Shown: one piece after another, positions 51,985 through 64,000 of the stretch
Layout of the letters: each line of letters opens with the position of its first letter
Numbering within the stretch: the first letter of the stretch is position 1
The notes under the pieces: model-generated
Database searches by the model: none
Seen by the model: only the letters and a program-made list of their open reading frames with translations
Told to the model about the DNA's origin: nothing
Program-made: the position numbers and the translations under genes
Assembly (NCBI GenBank): GCA_964016885.1
Contig: OZ024751.1
Coordinates: 31,124,001-31,188,000 of the forward strand
Direction: 5' to 3'
Source of the DNA: Eledone cirrhosa
Taxonomy: Eukaryota
DNA length: 64,000 nucleotides

Positions 51985-52657
51985 CTGAAAGGAAACAAAA
52001 TAATATTTCATTTAATAATAGTTTTTGATTTAGGCACAACACAGACCAACAATTTTAGGGGAGGGGAAAGTCAATTAAATTGACCCCAGTGCATTACTGG
52101 TACTTTATTTTATCGACTGCTAGATGTTGAAAGACAAAGCTAACTTCAGAACGTTAAGGGCTATAACTCTATGCTGCAAAGCATGTTGTACGACGCTCTA
52201 CTGACTCTACCAAACCACCGCGCTTATTTCATTTAACAATAAAACATATAAGAGTTAATTACTATAATTTAAAATACTGGATCTACATCATACATCATGT
52301 CATAATCTGTGCCCATGCTGGGGCACTGTCTTATTCTTTTACTAGTTTCAGTCATTAGACTGTGGCCATGCTGGGGCACTGCCATAGTCTTTTACTGGCT
52401 CCTGATTCTGTCTACTAAATTTCACTGACAAGGCCCTGGTCAAACCAAAGCTATAGTTGTAGCAGTTGTCTGAGATGCCATATGGTGGGATTGAACCTGA
52501 AACCAAGTAGTTACAAAACCAACTCCCTATCAGCTCCTGTTAAACTTCTTAGTTTGATCAAAGTGCCCCAAAGATTTTTAAAACATTTAAAGAAGAAGAA
52601 ACCAAGAGATATAAGCTTACAAAATATTACAATGTAAGAAGAAAGAGGGGTTAATAC

Positions 52658-52718
52658 CTGATCAATCAGCTTTCCCAGATTATCATTTGCAGTTTTACGA
52701 GCCATATCTGTGTCTAGT
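52658..52718 (-). CDS. CCDC28: CCDC28 coding exon 4 ((R)LDTDMARKTANDNLGKLIDQ)
   Basis: Acceptor TTTTACAG and donor CAG|GTATTA, phase 2->0. Similar to RKTASDSNLDRLL of CCDC28A as recalled. Confidence 0.9.
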
Positions 52719-53336
52719 CTGTAAAATATATAATAAATATCTCTGAGAAATAGAAATAAATCTTTGAAAAACTGATGAAAAAAAACCTAAATAATTTATA
52801 AGAAAGCATGAAATTATTTACACTTAGAATTGGTACAATACCAACTGAGTGGACTGGAGTAACGTGAAATGAAGTGTCTTGCTCGAGGATACAATGTGCC
52901 ACCCATTCTAATAATCAAACTCTTGACCTAACAATCATGAACTTAACAATAAAAATATAAATATAAAAACACACAATCCGTCATGTAAGAGGGTTATACT
53001 GGTACCATGACAAAGAGTACCCAGTCCACCCAGTAAAGTGGTTGTACTAGTGCCATGACAAAAAGTACCCAGTCCATCTAGTAAGATGGTAGTGTTGGTG
53101 CCATGACAAAGAGTACCCAGTCCACCTGTGGCTGGTGGTTGTACTGGTGCCATGAGAAACATCACCCAGTCCACCCTGTATGACACCTGCTGGTGCCACA
53201 ACAAAGAGCACCTTGTCCAGCCTGTAAGAGGGTTGTACCGGTGCTACGACAACAGGTACTGGTGCCAATTTTCCATATTTGGTACATATGGAGAATTTGT
53301 AAATGTAAAATTATAATAAAAGCTGTGTTAAATGAC

Positions 53337-53436
53337 CTGTGTAAATCTTGCTGAAGGTCAAGGTCAAAATGAAGGCGTGCCAGTCTTTCCTGTTGCTCTC
53401 GAATTTGGTCCATTTTCTCACAAGAGGAATCAACAC
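53337..53436 (-). CDS. CCDC28: CCDC28 coding exon 3 ((G)VDSSCEKMDQIREQQERLARLHFDLDLQQDLH)
   Basis: Conserved REQQERLARLHFDL motif. Acceptor TTTTCTAG and donor CAG|GTCATT, phase 1->2. Confidence 0.93.
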
Positions 53437-54521
53437 CTAGAAAAAACATAAACAGTATCAGAGGTTGCTGCAGTTTGGTTGAAGCATTGTGTAAAATATA
53501 GAGAGAAAACTGTGTTTTATTAGTAGAGGCTACAGCAATGCAGATGGGACATTAAATGTTAAAAAATAAATGATAACAAAAATGTATTACATTGGTGTTG
53601 TTTAATAGCCCTTAATATTTCAGGATAAAATCCCTTCCTAATAAAACATTCCAGTTTCTAATTCAAAGAAATAATTTGAAAACTCGAATGCAAGGAATAG
53701 CTGTTAAATCAGTCAAATGTTGTCAATGACAACATGTAAGTCAGGTAAAGCTACCTCTAAGGACATAAATCAGTGATTAGTGGTTGGTAAGGAGAAAAGT
53801 AAAGTTGTGAGGTGAATGACAGGTAGATGAAACTTAGAGATGATTGAGAAAGGATACTATTTTCTATAAACACTGTTATATAGATAGAGAATTAAGGAGA
53901 ATTTAGTGACTATTTTGTCAAGAAAGAGCTGAAATATTCCATTTTATATCAATCTTTAAAACATTGTTTTGTTTATCAGACAGAAAGATTGACAGATAAC
54001 AAAGTCAATAGGAACAATGAGCTAATGTAATTCTTAAAAAGATTAAGTGTAACAGTGTATGACAAAGTTAGTACAACTTATTTTTGAATCAATCGCAACT
54101 CTTGGCAGAAAGAGCAACATGAAATAAAGTGTCTTGCTCAAGGACACAATATGCGACCAGGAATTCAACCCTAACCACTAAGCTATATACCTTCATAATA
54201 TTTTGATAACATATACTGAATGAGATGAAGGTACATGGCTTTATGATTAGAGAATTGGATTCACGATCGTGAGGGTGGGAGTTTGATTCCAGACCAGGCA
54301 ATGTGTTATGTACTTGAGCAAGACACTTTATTTCCCATTGCTCTTACTGCCAGGAGTTGTGTGTTGGTAGATAGTCAATAGTCTCAGCTATTGGAAAGAC
54401 CAATGGAAACATTGTTTCTTAGATCTGAATTGACAAGTTCCACCCCATTCGGTAAGTGAATGAGGTTAGATCTTGTCGATCGATTCAATATTTGTGATAA
54501 AGACTTATGTACATTTTTTTA

Positions 54522-55046
<525 letters not shown>

Positions 55047-55282
55047 GATTATATTTATGCCATATATATCCTGGTTTTAAGAATAGGTCATGCAAAGGTC
55101 AAGAGTGTTGCTATTCTTTCTCTGACCAGTCCATAAAAAAAGGATGTTATTTAGTTACAGCCTCAACAGTAATTTATAGACCTCGCATGGAAGATGCACA
55201 TTGATGATGATATATGTATAGTTGATAAATGAAACAAACAAAACACAGGAAGCAATTTTACACACCAATATTATTTTCGCAC

Positions 55283-55343
<61 letters not shown>

Positions 55344-55615
55344 CTACACACATATATATATATTAGCAGAAGGGATATTCAATTTGTTGGTAATTCAACA
55401 AATATAAATGTTTATAACTGATTCAGAGCACTCGATAAGTTTTCTGGAGTAAAATATTCAATGATATTAAATAAATGGAAACTATATTTATAAAACCATA
55501 TTTATTTCATTATACATATTTCAAGGACACCAAGTTAAATTATGGTGTACTTTCATCAGATAAAATATAATATAGAGCAGTTTTATAAATAAATATTGAC
55601 ATACCCTTAAAGAAT

Positions 55616-55792
55616 GCAACCATTACTGTTGGAAGCTCCCGGATAGTATCCGGGAGCTTCCAACAGTAATGGTTGCCTGACAGTGGGGTTTAGAACCCTC
55701 TAAGAAATGGAAAAAATGAGTATTGACGCACATGGGAGTACTCATCTTTTTCCATTTCTAAGAGGGTTATAAACCCCACCCCACTATCAGGC
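55616..55792. repeat. Twin hairpin: perfect 30-bp-arm palindrome followed directly by a ~50-bp-arm imperfect hairpin
   Basis: 55616-55645 is the exact reverse complement of 55647-55676; 55675-55722 pairs with 55739-55792. Confidence 0.95.
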
Positions 55793-55862
55793 TAAATTTT
55801 CTTTAGGCAAAAATACGGTGAAAGCTTCTATTTCTAATTTCAAACTCGCTCGCTGTTTCAAA

Positions 55863-55897
<35 letters not shown>

Positions 55898-55905
55898 CTA
55901 CATAC

Positions 55906-56065
55906 TTTTTGATGTATGTCTTTTCTCTTCCATTGGTTCCATATCTGTGAGCATGTCCTTCTTCCATTTTACTTGATTACTTGCAGTGGCACCAGAGTTG
56001 TTATTTACCGATGGAGTTATGTCTTCTATCACCTCAGAAGTTGTTACCTCACCTTCAGATTCCAT
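55906..56065 (-). CDS. CCDC28: CCDC28 coding exon 1 (MESEGEVTTSEVIEDITPSVNNNSGATASNQVKWKKDMLTDMEPMEEKRHTSK)
   Basis: ATG in AAAAATGG context and donor A|GTATGT. Phase 1 matches exon 2. Total CDS is 525 nt = 174 aa plus stop. Confidence 0.8.
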
Positions 56066-57332
56066 TTTTGAGATCTCCTTATAAAGTAACAAATATAAAA
56101 ATGATGTGTTATACAAGTGCTGTAATGGTGGTTATTTAAGCATCAATTTTCTTTTCAGGATAACAAAATAGATAAAAAGGAAAGGAAAACTGTTAAGTAA
56201 ACGCAGAAACTATCTTGAGTATATCTATATGTCTGTGTTGTGTGTTTGTGTGTAGAAACCAAACGAGTAATCATTACTATTATCTATATAAATTAAGGGC
56301 AGTAGATTAGCAGGATCGGTAGAGCATCAGACAAAATGTTTTGCATCATTTAATTATGGCCCTTTATGTTCTGAATTCAAAGCCCAACAAAGTCATCTTT
56401 GCCTTTTATCCTTCTGGGGTTAGTAAAATAAAGTACCAGTAATGTACTGGAGTCAACGAAATCAACTTTCTACCACATATTGTTGGCCTTGTGCCTAAGT
56501 TAGAAATCATTGACATCATAAAATAAAGTCTGAATTATGAAGGTCAGCTGAAAGGTTTATAGGCTGACTATGAAGGAGTGATGCTGGAGCTGTGAAATCT
56601 TGCATGCATTAATTTCAACTCTTTTTATTAATAACTGTATTGTTTCTTTCCAGGGACTATGTTGAAAAATAAACCTCAATTGGTCATTCCATGAGAGTAT
56701 CTTGGTCAAGCTATGAACTTTTCGACCAACCCTTGTACCTTCTAATGCTAATATGAGTTTTAACAATTTCAATAATTTCAAGAATATTTGGAGCAATTTT
56801 GAGATTCTAATGTTAACTAAAGTGCAGGCAAATTTAGATGATAGCTGAAATGTGTTGTGAAATAATTTCTGTTAACTAAAGTGTAAGGAAAAGTTAGATG
56901 ATAGCTGAAATTTGATGTGAAATATCTGCAGTAAGATTTAATGGACCTATCAATGGCTGTTCCAACCATTTAGTTATGGAATCTCTCCAGATATGGAAAA
57001 TAAAATAATAAATAAATAAAAAGAAATAAAAAAAATATATATATACATTTCGATTTATGATTGCATAATGTTTGAAGACATATACATATATACACATATA
57101 TATACACATACACACATATTCACATACATACATGTACACACATAACATTTGCATACACATATACACATACAAATATATACATATACACACATATACACAT
57201 TTTTTAAGGTCTGCTGAAGAAAATCAATATGATATATTATATAATATTTGTCCTAATAAGTTCTCACGTCCAGTAATAAAGTGTTTAATATTCACATCTG
57301 TAGAAAGTCTTCCAACCATTTATAGAGGTATG

Positions 57333-58700
57333 GGTGTGTGGCTTGGTGGTTAGAGTGATTGGCTTATGATTCTAAAGGTTGTGAGTTTGATTCCCAGGTT
57401 AAGCAGTCCTCTTGTGTCCTTGAACAAGACACTTTATTTCACATTACTCCAGTCCACTGTGTCCTTGAGCAAGACACTTGATTCCACATTACTCCAGTCC
57501 AGTGTGTCCTTGAGCAAGACACTTTATTTCACATTACTCCAGTCCACTGTGTCCTTGAACAAGATACTTTATTTCACATTACTCCAGTCCACTGTGTCCT
57601 TGAGCACGATACTTTATTTCACATTACTCCAGTCCACTGTGTCCTTGAGCAAGACACTTTATTTCACATTACTCCAGTCCACTGTGTCCTTGAGCAAGAC
57701 ACTTTATTTCACATTACTCCAGTCCAGTGTGTCCTTGAGCAAGACACTTTATTTCACATTACTCCAGTCCACTGTGTCCTTGAGCAAGACACTTTATTTC
57801 ACATTACTCCAGTCCACTGTGTCCTTGAGCAAGACACTTTATTTCACATTACTCCAGTCCAGTGTGTCCTTGAGCAAGACACTTTATTCCACATTACTCC
57901 AGTCCACTGTGTCCTTGAGCAAGACACTTTATTTCACATTACTCCAGTCCACTGTGTCCTTGAGCAAGACACTTTATTCCACATTACTCCAGTCCACTGT
58001 GTCCTTGAGCAAGATACTTTATTTCACATTACTCCAGTCCAGTGTGTCCTTGAGCAAGACACTTTATTTCACATTACTCCAGTCCACTGTGTCCTTGAGC
58101 AAGACACTTTATTTCACATTACTCCAGTCCACTGTGTCCTTGAGCAAGACACTTTATTCCACATTACTCCAGTCCAGTGTGTCCTTGAGCAAGACACTTT
58201 ATTTCACATTACTCCAGTCCACTGTGTCCTTGAGCAAGACACTTTATTTCACATTACTCCAGTCCACTGTGTCCTTGAGCAAGACACTTTATTCCACATT
58301 ACTCCAGTCCAGTGTGTCCTTGAGCAAGACACTTTATTTCACATTACTCCAGTCCACTGTGTCCTTGAGCAAGATACTTTATTTCACATTACTCCAGTCC
58401 ACTGTGTCCTTGAGCAAGACACTTTATTCCACATTACTCCAGTCCAGTGTGTCCTTGAGCAAGACACTTTATTTCACATTACTCCAGTCCACTGTGTCCT
58501 TGAGCAAGATACTTTATTTCACATTACTCCAGTCCACTGTGTCCTTGAGCAAGACACTTTATTTCACATTACTCCAGTCCACTGTGTCCTTGAGCAAGAT
58601 ACTTTATTTCACATTACTCCAGTCCACTGTGTCCTTGAGCAAGACACTTTATTCCATGCTGCTTCAACTTACTCAGCAGGCAAAAATGAGTTATACCTCC
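57333..58700 (+). mobile_element. CORE-type SINE whose central 45-bp segment is amplified into a ~27-copy minisatellite (57413-58655)
   Basis: tRNA-like head at 57335-57400, then the unit TGTGTCCTTGAGCAAGACACTTTATTTCACATTACTCCAGTCCAC, then the SINE body resumes (ACTCAGCAGGCAAAAATGAGTT). Confidence 0.9.
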
Positions 58701-58903
58701 AGCTTTGTCACACATTGTACGAGGATTGGCTGAAAGGTTCATATGCTCACTACATTAAAAAATAAATCTCATTTGGTCATTCCATGAGAGTATCTTGGTC
58801 AAGCTATGAACTTTTCAGCTGACCCTCTTATTAATACATGGAAAAAAGTTGATTTTTTTAGTGTGTGCCTGTGAACATGTGCATACACCCTTCCACACAT
58901 ACC

Positions 58904-58934
<31 letters not shown>

Positions 58935-59626
58935 ATCTTTATAAAAAACTCAAAAAAATCAATGTTTAAACTAACACATGTTTCAGAGGTTAGAACTTCA
59001 TTCCGAGATTGTATAGTTCTAGCTGCCAAAACATGTTTAAAAATGTATTGATTCTCTGGTGTTTTTTATAAAGATTATATAAGAGGGGCAGTGGTTTGGC
59101 AGTATCAGTAGAGCGTCAGACGCCATGCTTTGCAGCATAAAGTTATGACCCTTTGCGTTCTGTGTTCAAATCTGCCGAGGTTAACTTTGCCTTTCATCCT
59201 TACGGGGTCGATAAAATAAAGTACCAGTGATGCACTGGGGTAATTGCTGGCCTTGTGCCTAAAGTAGAAACAATTATATAATAGCTCTGCATGAACTCCA
59301 TTGCATCGAGCTTTAAACCCTCTGGTAAAGTTCTACCCAATAATAACAATACTGTTATTATTATTAATAATATATATGTGTGTATGTGTATATACATATA
59401 TTATCATCACTATTTAATGTCAATTTTCCACGTTTGCCTGGGTTAGATGAGTTGTCATATTATATGACTAGTCAAGTCAGGTGATCATGTCTTGGTCATA
59501 TAACATTTGTGTGTATTACGAGGGGGATCATCATCACCATCACCACTCTTTAACATCTATTTTTCCATACTTGCATGGGCTAAGATATATATATATCCCT
59601 CCACTCAATGAAAGTAGCAAGACAAT

Positions 59627-60405
59627 ATCACCCCTGATGTCTTAAAAGGGTTAACATCCACTTAAAATCTATTTCACCCCTGATGTCTTAAAAGGGTTTA
59701 AATCCACTTAAAATCTATTTCACCCCTGATGTTTTAATAGGGTTTAAATTCACTTAAAATCTATTTCACCCCTGATGTCTTAATAGGGTTTAAATCCATT
59801 TAAAATCTATTTCACCCCTGATGTCTTAATAGGGTTTAAATCCATTTAAAATCTATTTCACCCCTGATGTCTTAATAGGGTTTAAATCCATTTAAAATCT
59901 ATTTCACCCCTGATGTCTTAAAAGGGTTTAAATCCACTTAAAATCTATTTCCCCGTGATGTTTTAATAGGGTTTAAATCCACTTAAAATCTATTTCCCCC
60001 TGATGTTTTAATAGGGTTTAAATCCACTTAAAATCTATTTCACCCCTGATGTCTTAATAGGATTTAAATCCATTTAAAATCTATTTCACCCCTGATGTCT
60101 TAAAAGGGTTTAAATCCACTTAAAATCTATTTCCCCGTGATGTTTTAATAGGGTTTAAATCCACTTAAAATCTATTTCCCCCTGATGTTTTAATAGGGTT
60201 TAAATCCACTTAAAATCTATTTCCCCCTGATGTTTTAATAGGGTTTAAATCCACTTAAAATCTATTTCACCCCTGATGTCTTAATAGGATTTAAATCCAT
60301 TTAAAATCTATTTCACCCCTGATGTCTTAAAAGGGTTTAAATCCACTTAAAATCTATTTCCCCCTGATGTTTTAATAGGGTTTAAATCCACTTAAAAGCT
60401 ATTTA
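59627..60405. repeat. 46-bp minisatellite, ~17 copies
   Basis: CACCCCTGATGTCTTAA(A/T)AGGGTTTAAATCCACTTAAAATCTATTT; copies at 59675, 59721 and onward. Confidence 0.95.
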
Positions 60406-60736
60406 CAACAATTTATTGATATCCCCACCAGCAAACTTCTGATGACTGCTATAATATTATCAGTAAAATGACATTAATTTGCTGAGTCTAGTTAAACTGT
60501 ATTTAATCTAAGAGATAATCCTGTTAGACTTGTGTTATCCTTCACAAAACGCAATGGATCAATGGAAAAGACAAAAATAGTTAACGATTCGACTTTTATT
60601 GACTATCAATACTGTTGTATATTATCAGCTTCATGACCTCAACTGACAGTGATAAACTATACAACCTGTCAATAAAAAACTTTTCATTTCCTTCTGTTTA
60701 ACTCAGAACATCTAATGATTTAGCAAGAAATATCTA

Positions 60737-61013
60737 AGGTCTCCTAGCAGCATTGTTAAACTACAACCTTACATACTGAGTAGATCATTAGGATAAATAG
60801 TGAGTTGAGCCTAGAAGAGAAAATTAACCATTTCATTACCATATTTCTAAGAAAGACACAGCCAAAGTCTTTAACCCTTTCCTTACTGTATTTCTAATGA
60901 GAGACACTACTTATGTCATTAACCTTTTCCCTGACATTTGTATATTATTCTATGTACTATACATGCATCTTTGATGAGTTGTAGTGCACCTGAGCACTTT
61001 ACACAATAATTTC

Positions 61014-61045
<32 letters not shown>

Positions 61046-61615
61046 ATTTCTAATGAAAGACAGCCAATATTTTTAACCCTTTCATTACCATATTTCTAAT
61101 GAACGGACACAGCCAATGTCTTTAATCCTTTCATTAGAATTCTAAAGGAACTATGATCAAATTCTAGCTGGCACGTGTTTAGAATAATTTCCGCAGAGCT
61201 ATGGTTAAAATAATTCTAGCTGACCTGTGGTGTCATGGCAAAAAGCACCCAGCCCGCACTGTAAAGTGGTTGTGTAGGTGTCATGACAAAAAGCACCCAG
61301 TATTCCAGTCATGACTTTGAAATATGGTAATGAAAGGGTTAAAAATATTGGCTGTCTTTCATTAGAAATATGGTAATGAAAAGGTTAATGACATAAGTAG
61401 TTCTTTCATTCGAAATATGGTAATGAAAAGGTTAATGACATAAGTAGTGTCTCTCATTAGAAATACAGTAAGGAAAGGGTTAAAGACTTTGGCTTTGTCT
61501 TTCTTAGAAATATGGTAATGAAATGGTTAATTTTCTCTTCTAGGCTCAACAAACTATTTATCCTAATGATCTACTCAGTGTGTAAGGTTAGTTTAACAAT
61601 ACTGCTAGGAAACCT
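60737..61615. repeat. Large foldback inverted repeat (~290-bp arms) with the left arm interrupted by a LINE tail
   Basis: 60737-61097 mirrors 61319-61615. A CR1/L2 3' tail at 60930-61040 is present only in the left arm. Confidence 0.9.
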
Positions 61616-61869
61616 CCAAGATTAACAGTACATAAACTATCACCTTCGCTTCAAAGACTGCACTGAATTTTTCTTGAGTCTCTGTTGAAATGTTGAATTT
61701 TGCATCAATTACAAAACTAGCAAACCAAAAGCTGGAATAATTAAATTAACCTTGACACAAATTCTCAGACAAGTTAATTAATGAGTAATTGACAGTCTAA
61801 AATAGAGTTTAACTCTTAATGTAATGTTCCAACAAAAAAAAAACACATTAGTAAGACATTCCTGAAAAG

Positions 61870-62177
61870 TACGAGGGTTGGCTGAAAACTTCATGGGTTG
61901 ACCAAGATACTCTCATGGAATGAACAAACATAGTCCCTGGAAAGAAGTGATCCAGTTATTGATAAGAAGAGTTGAAATTAATGCATGCAAGATTTCCCAG
62001 CTCTAACATCACTCCTTCATAGTCAGCCTATGAATGAGGTTTATTTTTCAACATAGTCCCTGGAAAGAAGTAATGCAGTTATTAATAAGAAGAGTTTAAA
62101 TTAATGCATGTAAGATTTCCCAGCTCTAGCATCACTCCTTCATAGTCAGCCTTTGAACATTTCAGCCCACCCTCATA
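61870..62177. mobile_element. mariner-derived MITE with internal tandem duplication
   Basis: TACGAGGGTTGGCTGAAAA / TTCAGCCCACCCTCATA termini; a ~120-bp internal segment is present twice. Confidence 0.8.
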
Positions 62178-62432
62178 CAAAACAGCACTAAATCGTTCCT
62201 CCAATACTGTACATTTTTACAACAATCTGTCCACAAGTAAAAATACTATAAATATTTGAATTAACAAACCTGTTGTTAGATATTTTCTGCTAAATCATTA
62301 CAGGATGTAAGTAATCAAAGAGCTTGGTTACTATAGTTGTAAGTAAAAGTTCACCAACTAGAAAGTGACTGTAGTATGTGTTCCCTCACAGAAAGCAAAT
62401 GACATGAGTGATAATTATATCACTAACAAGTG

Positions 62433-62493
<61 letters not shown>

Positions 62494-63683
62494 GTGCATA
62501 TATATATATATATATATATATACGTCTGTGTGATAAAATTAATCCTATGAAACAAGTGAAAATTCAATCTAAGTATTTTCTATAACAATTAATCTAAAAG
62601 CTTTACAATCTAAATAAGTAGCTTAGAGTCTGGTATTGATCTTGAAAAGGGTCACCAGTAAAGCACGTAACCCAAACTACATCACATACATCCCAATAAA
62701 TACATTATTCATTATCTGTAAAGCAATTTCATTTATTTATTTATCAGCAATTTTTTTTTTTCAGCCTGTGGCATTTGAGATATTTATGGGAGCTGGACAA
62801 TGAAGTTTTTATCATTGTTGGTGGATCATCTAACTGACATATTAAATGATGCCCTCAACTGTGCTTGGTTATTCCAGTGTCTTAGCCTCGCTATCACCTG
62901 TAGCAATGCAGCAAGTGTATTGGTTTGCTTCAAAAATTTATCAAGCAAAACACCAACATCCCTTCTTCTTGTTATGTGGCATATGACTGAGTGTGTTGGT
63001 TTTTCACACTTTTTTGTTATTTTCTCTATATCTCTTTTTTTCTTTTTTGTATAAAATAAATTGTGTTTCATCATCTGGCAGTAACAGTAGAGGGTCGGAC
63101 GCCATGCTTTGACGCATAGAGTTACGGCCCTTGCCATTCTGAGTTCAAATGCCGCCGAGGTTAACTTTGCCTTTCATCCTTACAGGGTCGATAAAATAAA
63201 GTACCAGTAATGTACTGAGTAATTGCTGGCCTTGTGCCAATAGTAGAAACAATTATTTTAACATCCACTTTTCCAGCTAGCAAGACTTATTTATTTATTT
63301 AATGAAGACATGAATGTTGAATCTAAAAATCAGATTCCTTTTCAGGTTTAATTTATATCGAAAGAGGCAGTGATTTGGCAGGTCATCAGATGGAATGTTT
63401 TGCTGTATTCAAATCAATTCTCTACAAACTGAGTTCAAATCCTGCCAAGATCAATAAAAAAAGTTCCAGTCAAATACAGGGGTTGATTCTTCCTCTATAT
63501 TTCTTTCTCAAATCCTCTCTCCTCCTTCCCTAGAAATTGGTTGTATTCAGACCTGAAGAGGGGATGGCCCACACCAGGTTTAAAGCACCTAAGACACCTC
63601 ATATATCACTACATCACTACAGTGCCCATAAGATTCTATTGGGAGTTACCGGTCTCTCTCTCTCTCATATATATCATCATCAT

Positions 63684-64000
63684 CATCAACGTTTAACGTC
63701 CGTGTTCCACGCTTGCATGGGTTTGGACGGGGGTAGTCCCACTTGAGGCAAGAGTGATTGTCTTGCTCGCATAGGACTGTCTGGCAGGTTTTCTACAGTT
63801 GGATGCCCTTCCTAACACCAACCACATTTACAGTGTGGGTCTGGGAGGTTTTTACCGTGTTGCCTACACGGCCACATTACAGCGTGGACTGTGTGTTTTT
63901 TTGTCGTGACACCTACACGATCTCATTTGTTTTGGCCTGGATGGCGCGGCACCAACATAACTTTACATAGAACGGGGTGGTGTGGATGGGGTGGGGGTGG
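63684..64000 (-). mobile_element. SINE-like retroposon, near-identical to 5669-5990, truncated by the window end
   Basis: Nearly base-for-base match to the copy at 5669. Confidence 0.8.

Noticed and set aside
57366-58733. 455-aa ORF
   Set aside because: Translation of the 45-bp SINE-core minisatellite.

Overview
AT-rich, repeat-dense eukaryotic DNA, most likely from an octopod cephalopod. This is inferred from tRNA-derived SINE families, (TA)n/(CA)n/(GA)n tracts and many minisatellites. Most long ORFs in the supplied track are tandem-repeat artefacts. Real genes lie on the minus strand. (1) A complete CCDC28 coding sequence of six coding exons (56065->51088, 525 nt, 174 aa); its last intron is a U12-type minor-spliceosome intron next to a 23-nt exon. 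(2) A probable first coding exon (12794->12678) encoding a RIM/Piccolo-type Rab-binding helix; its downstream exons could not be securely traced. (3) Several small, phase-compatible candidate exons between them (38634-38711, 17693-17752, 15788-15819, possibly a 9-nt microexon at 40969-40977). Mobile DNA includes a 5'-truncated L1/Tx1 LINE with a TSD, RTE and CR1/L2 3' fragments, a decayed Tc1/mariner (DD37D/maT-like) transposase, mariner and piggyBac-like MITEs, and several SINE families. Notable structures are a decayed hammerhead ribozyme (5488-5568), a twin hairpin in a CCDC28 intron, a ~880-bp foldback, a minisatellite amplified from a SINE core, and a 57-bp satellite with 15-unit higher-order periodicity. 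All calls come from manual reading; no searches were run.
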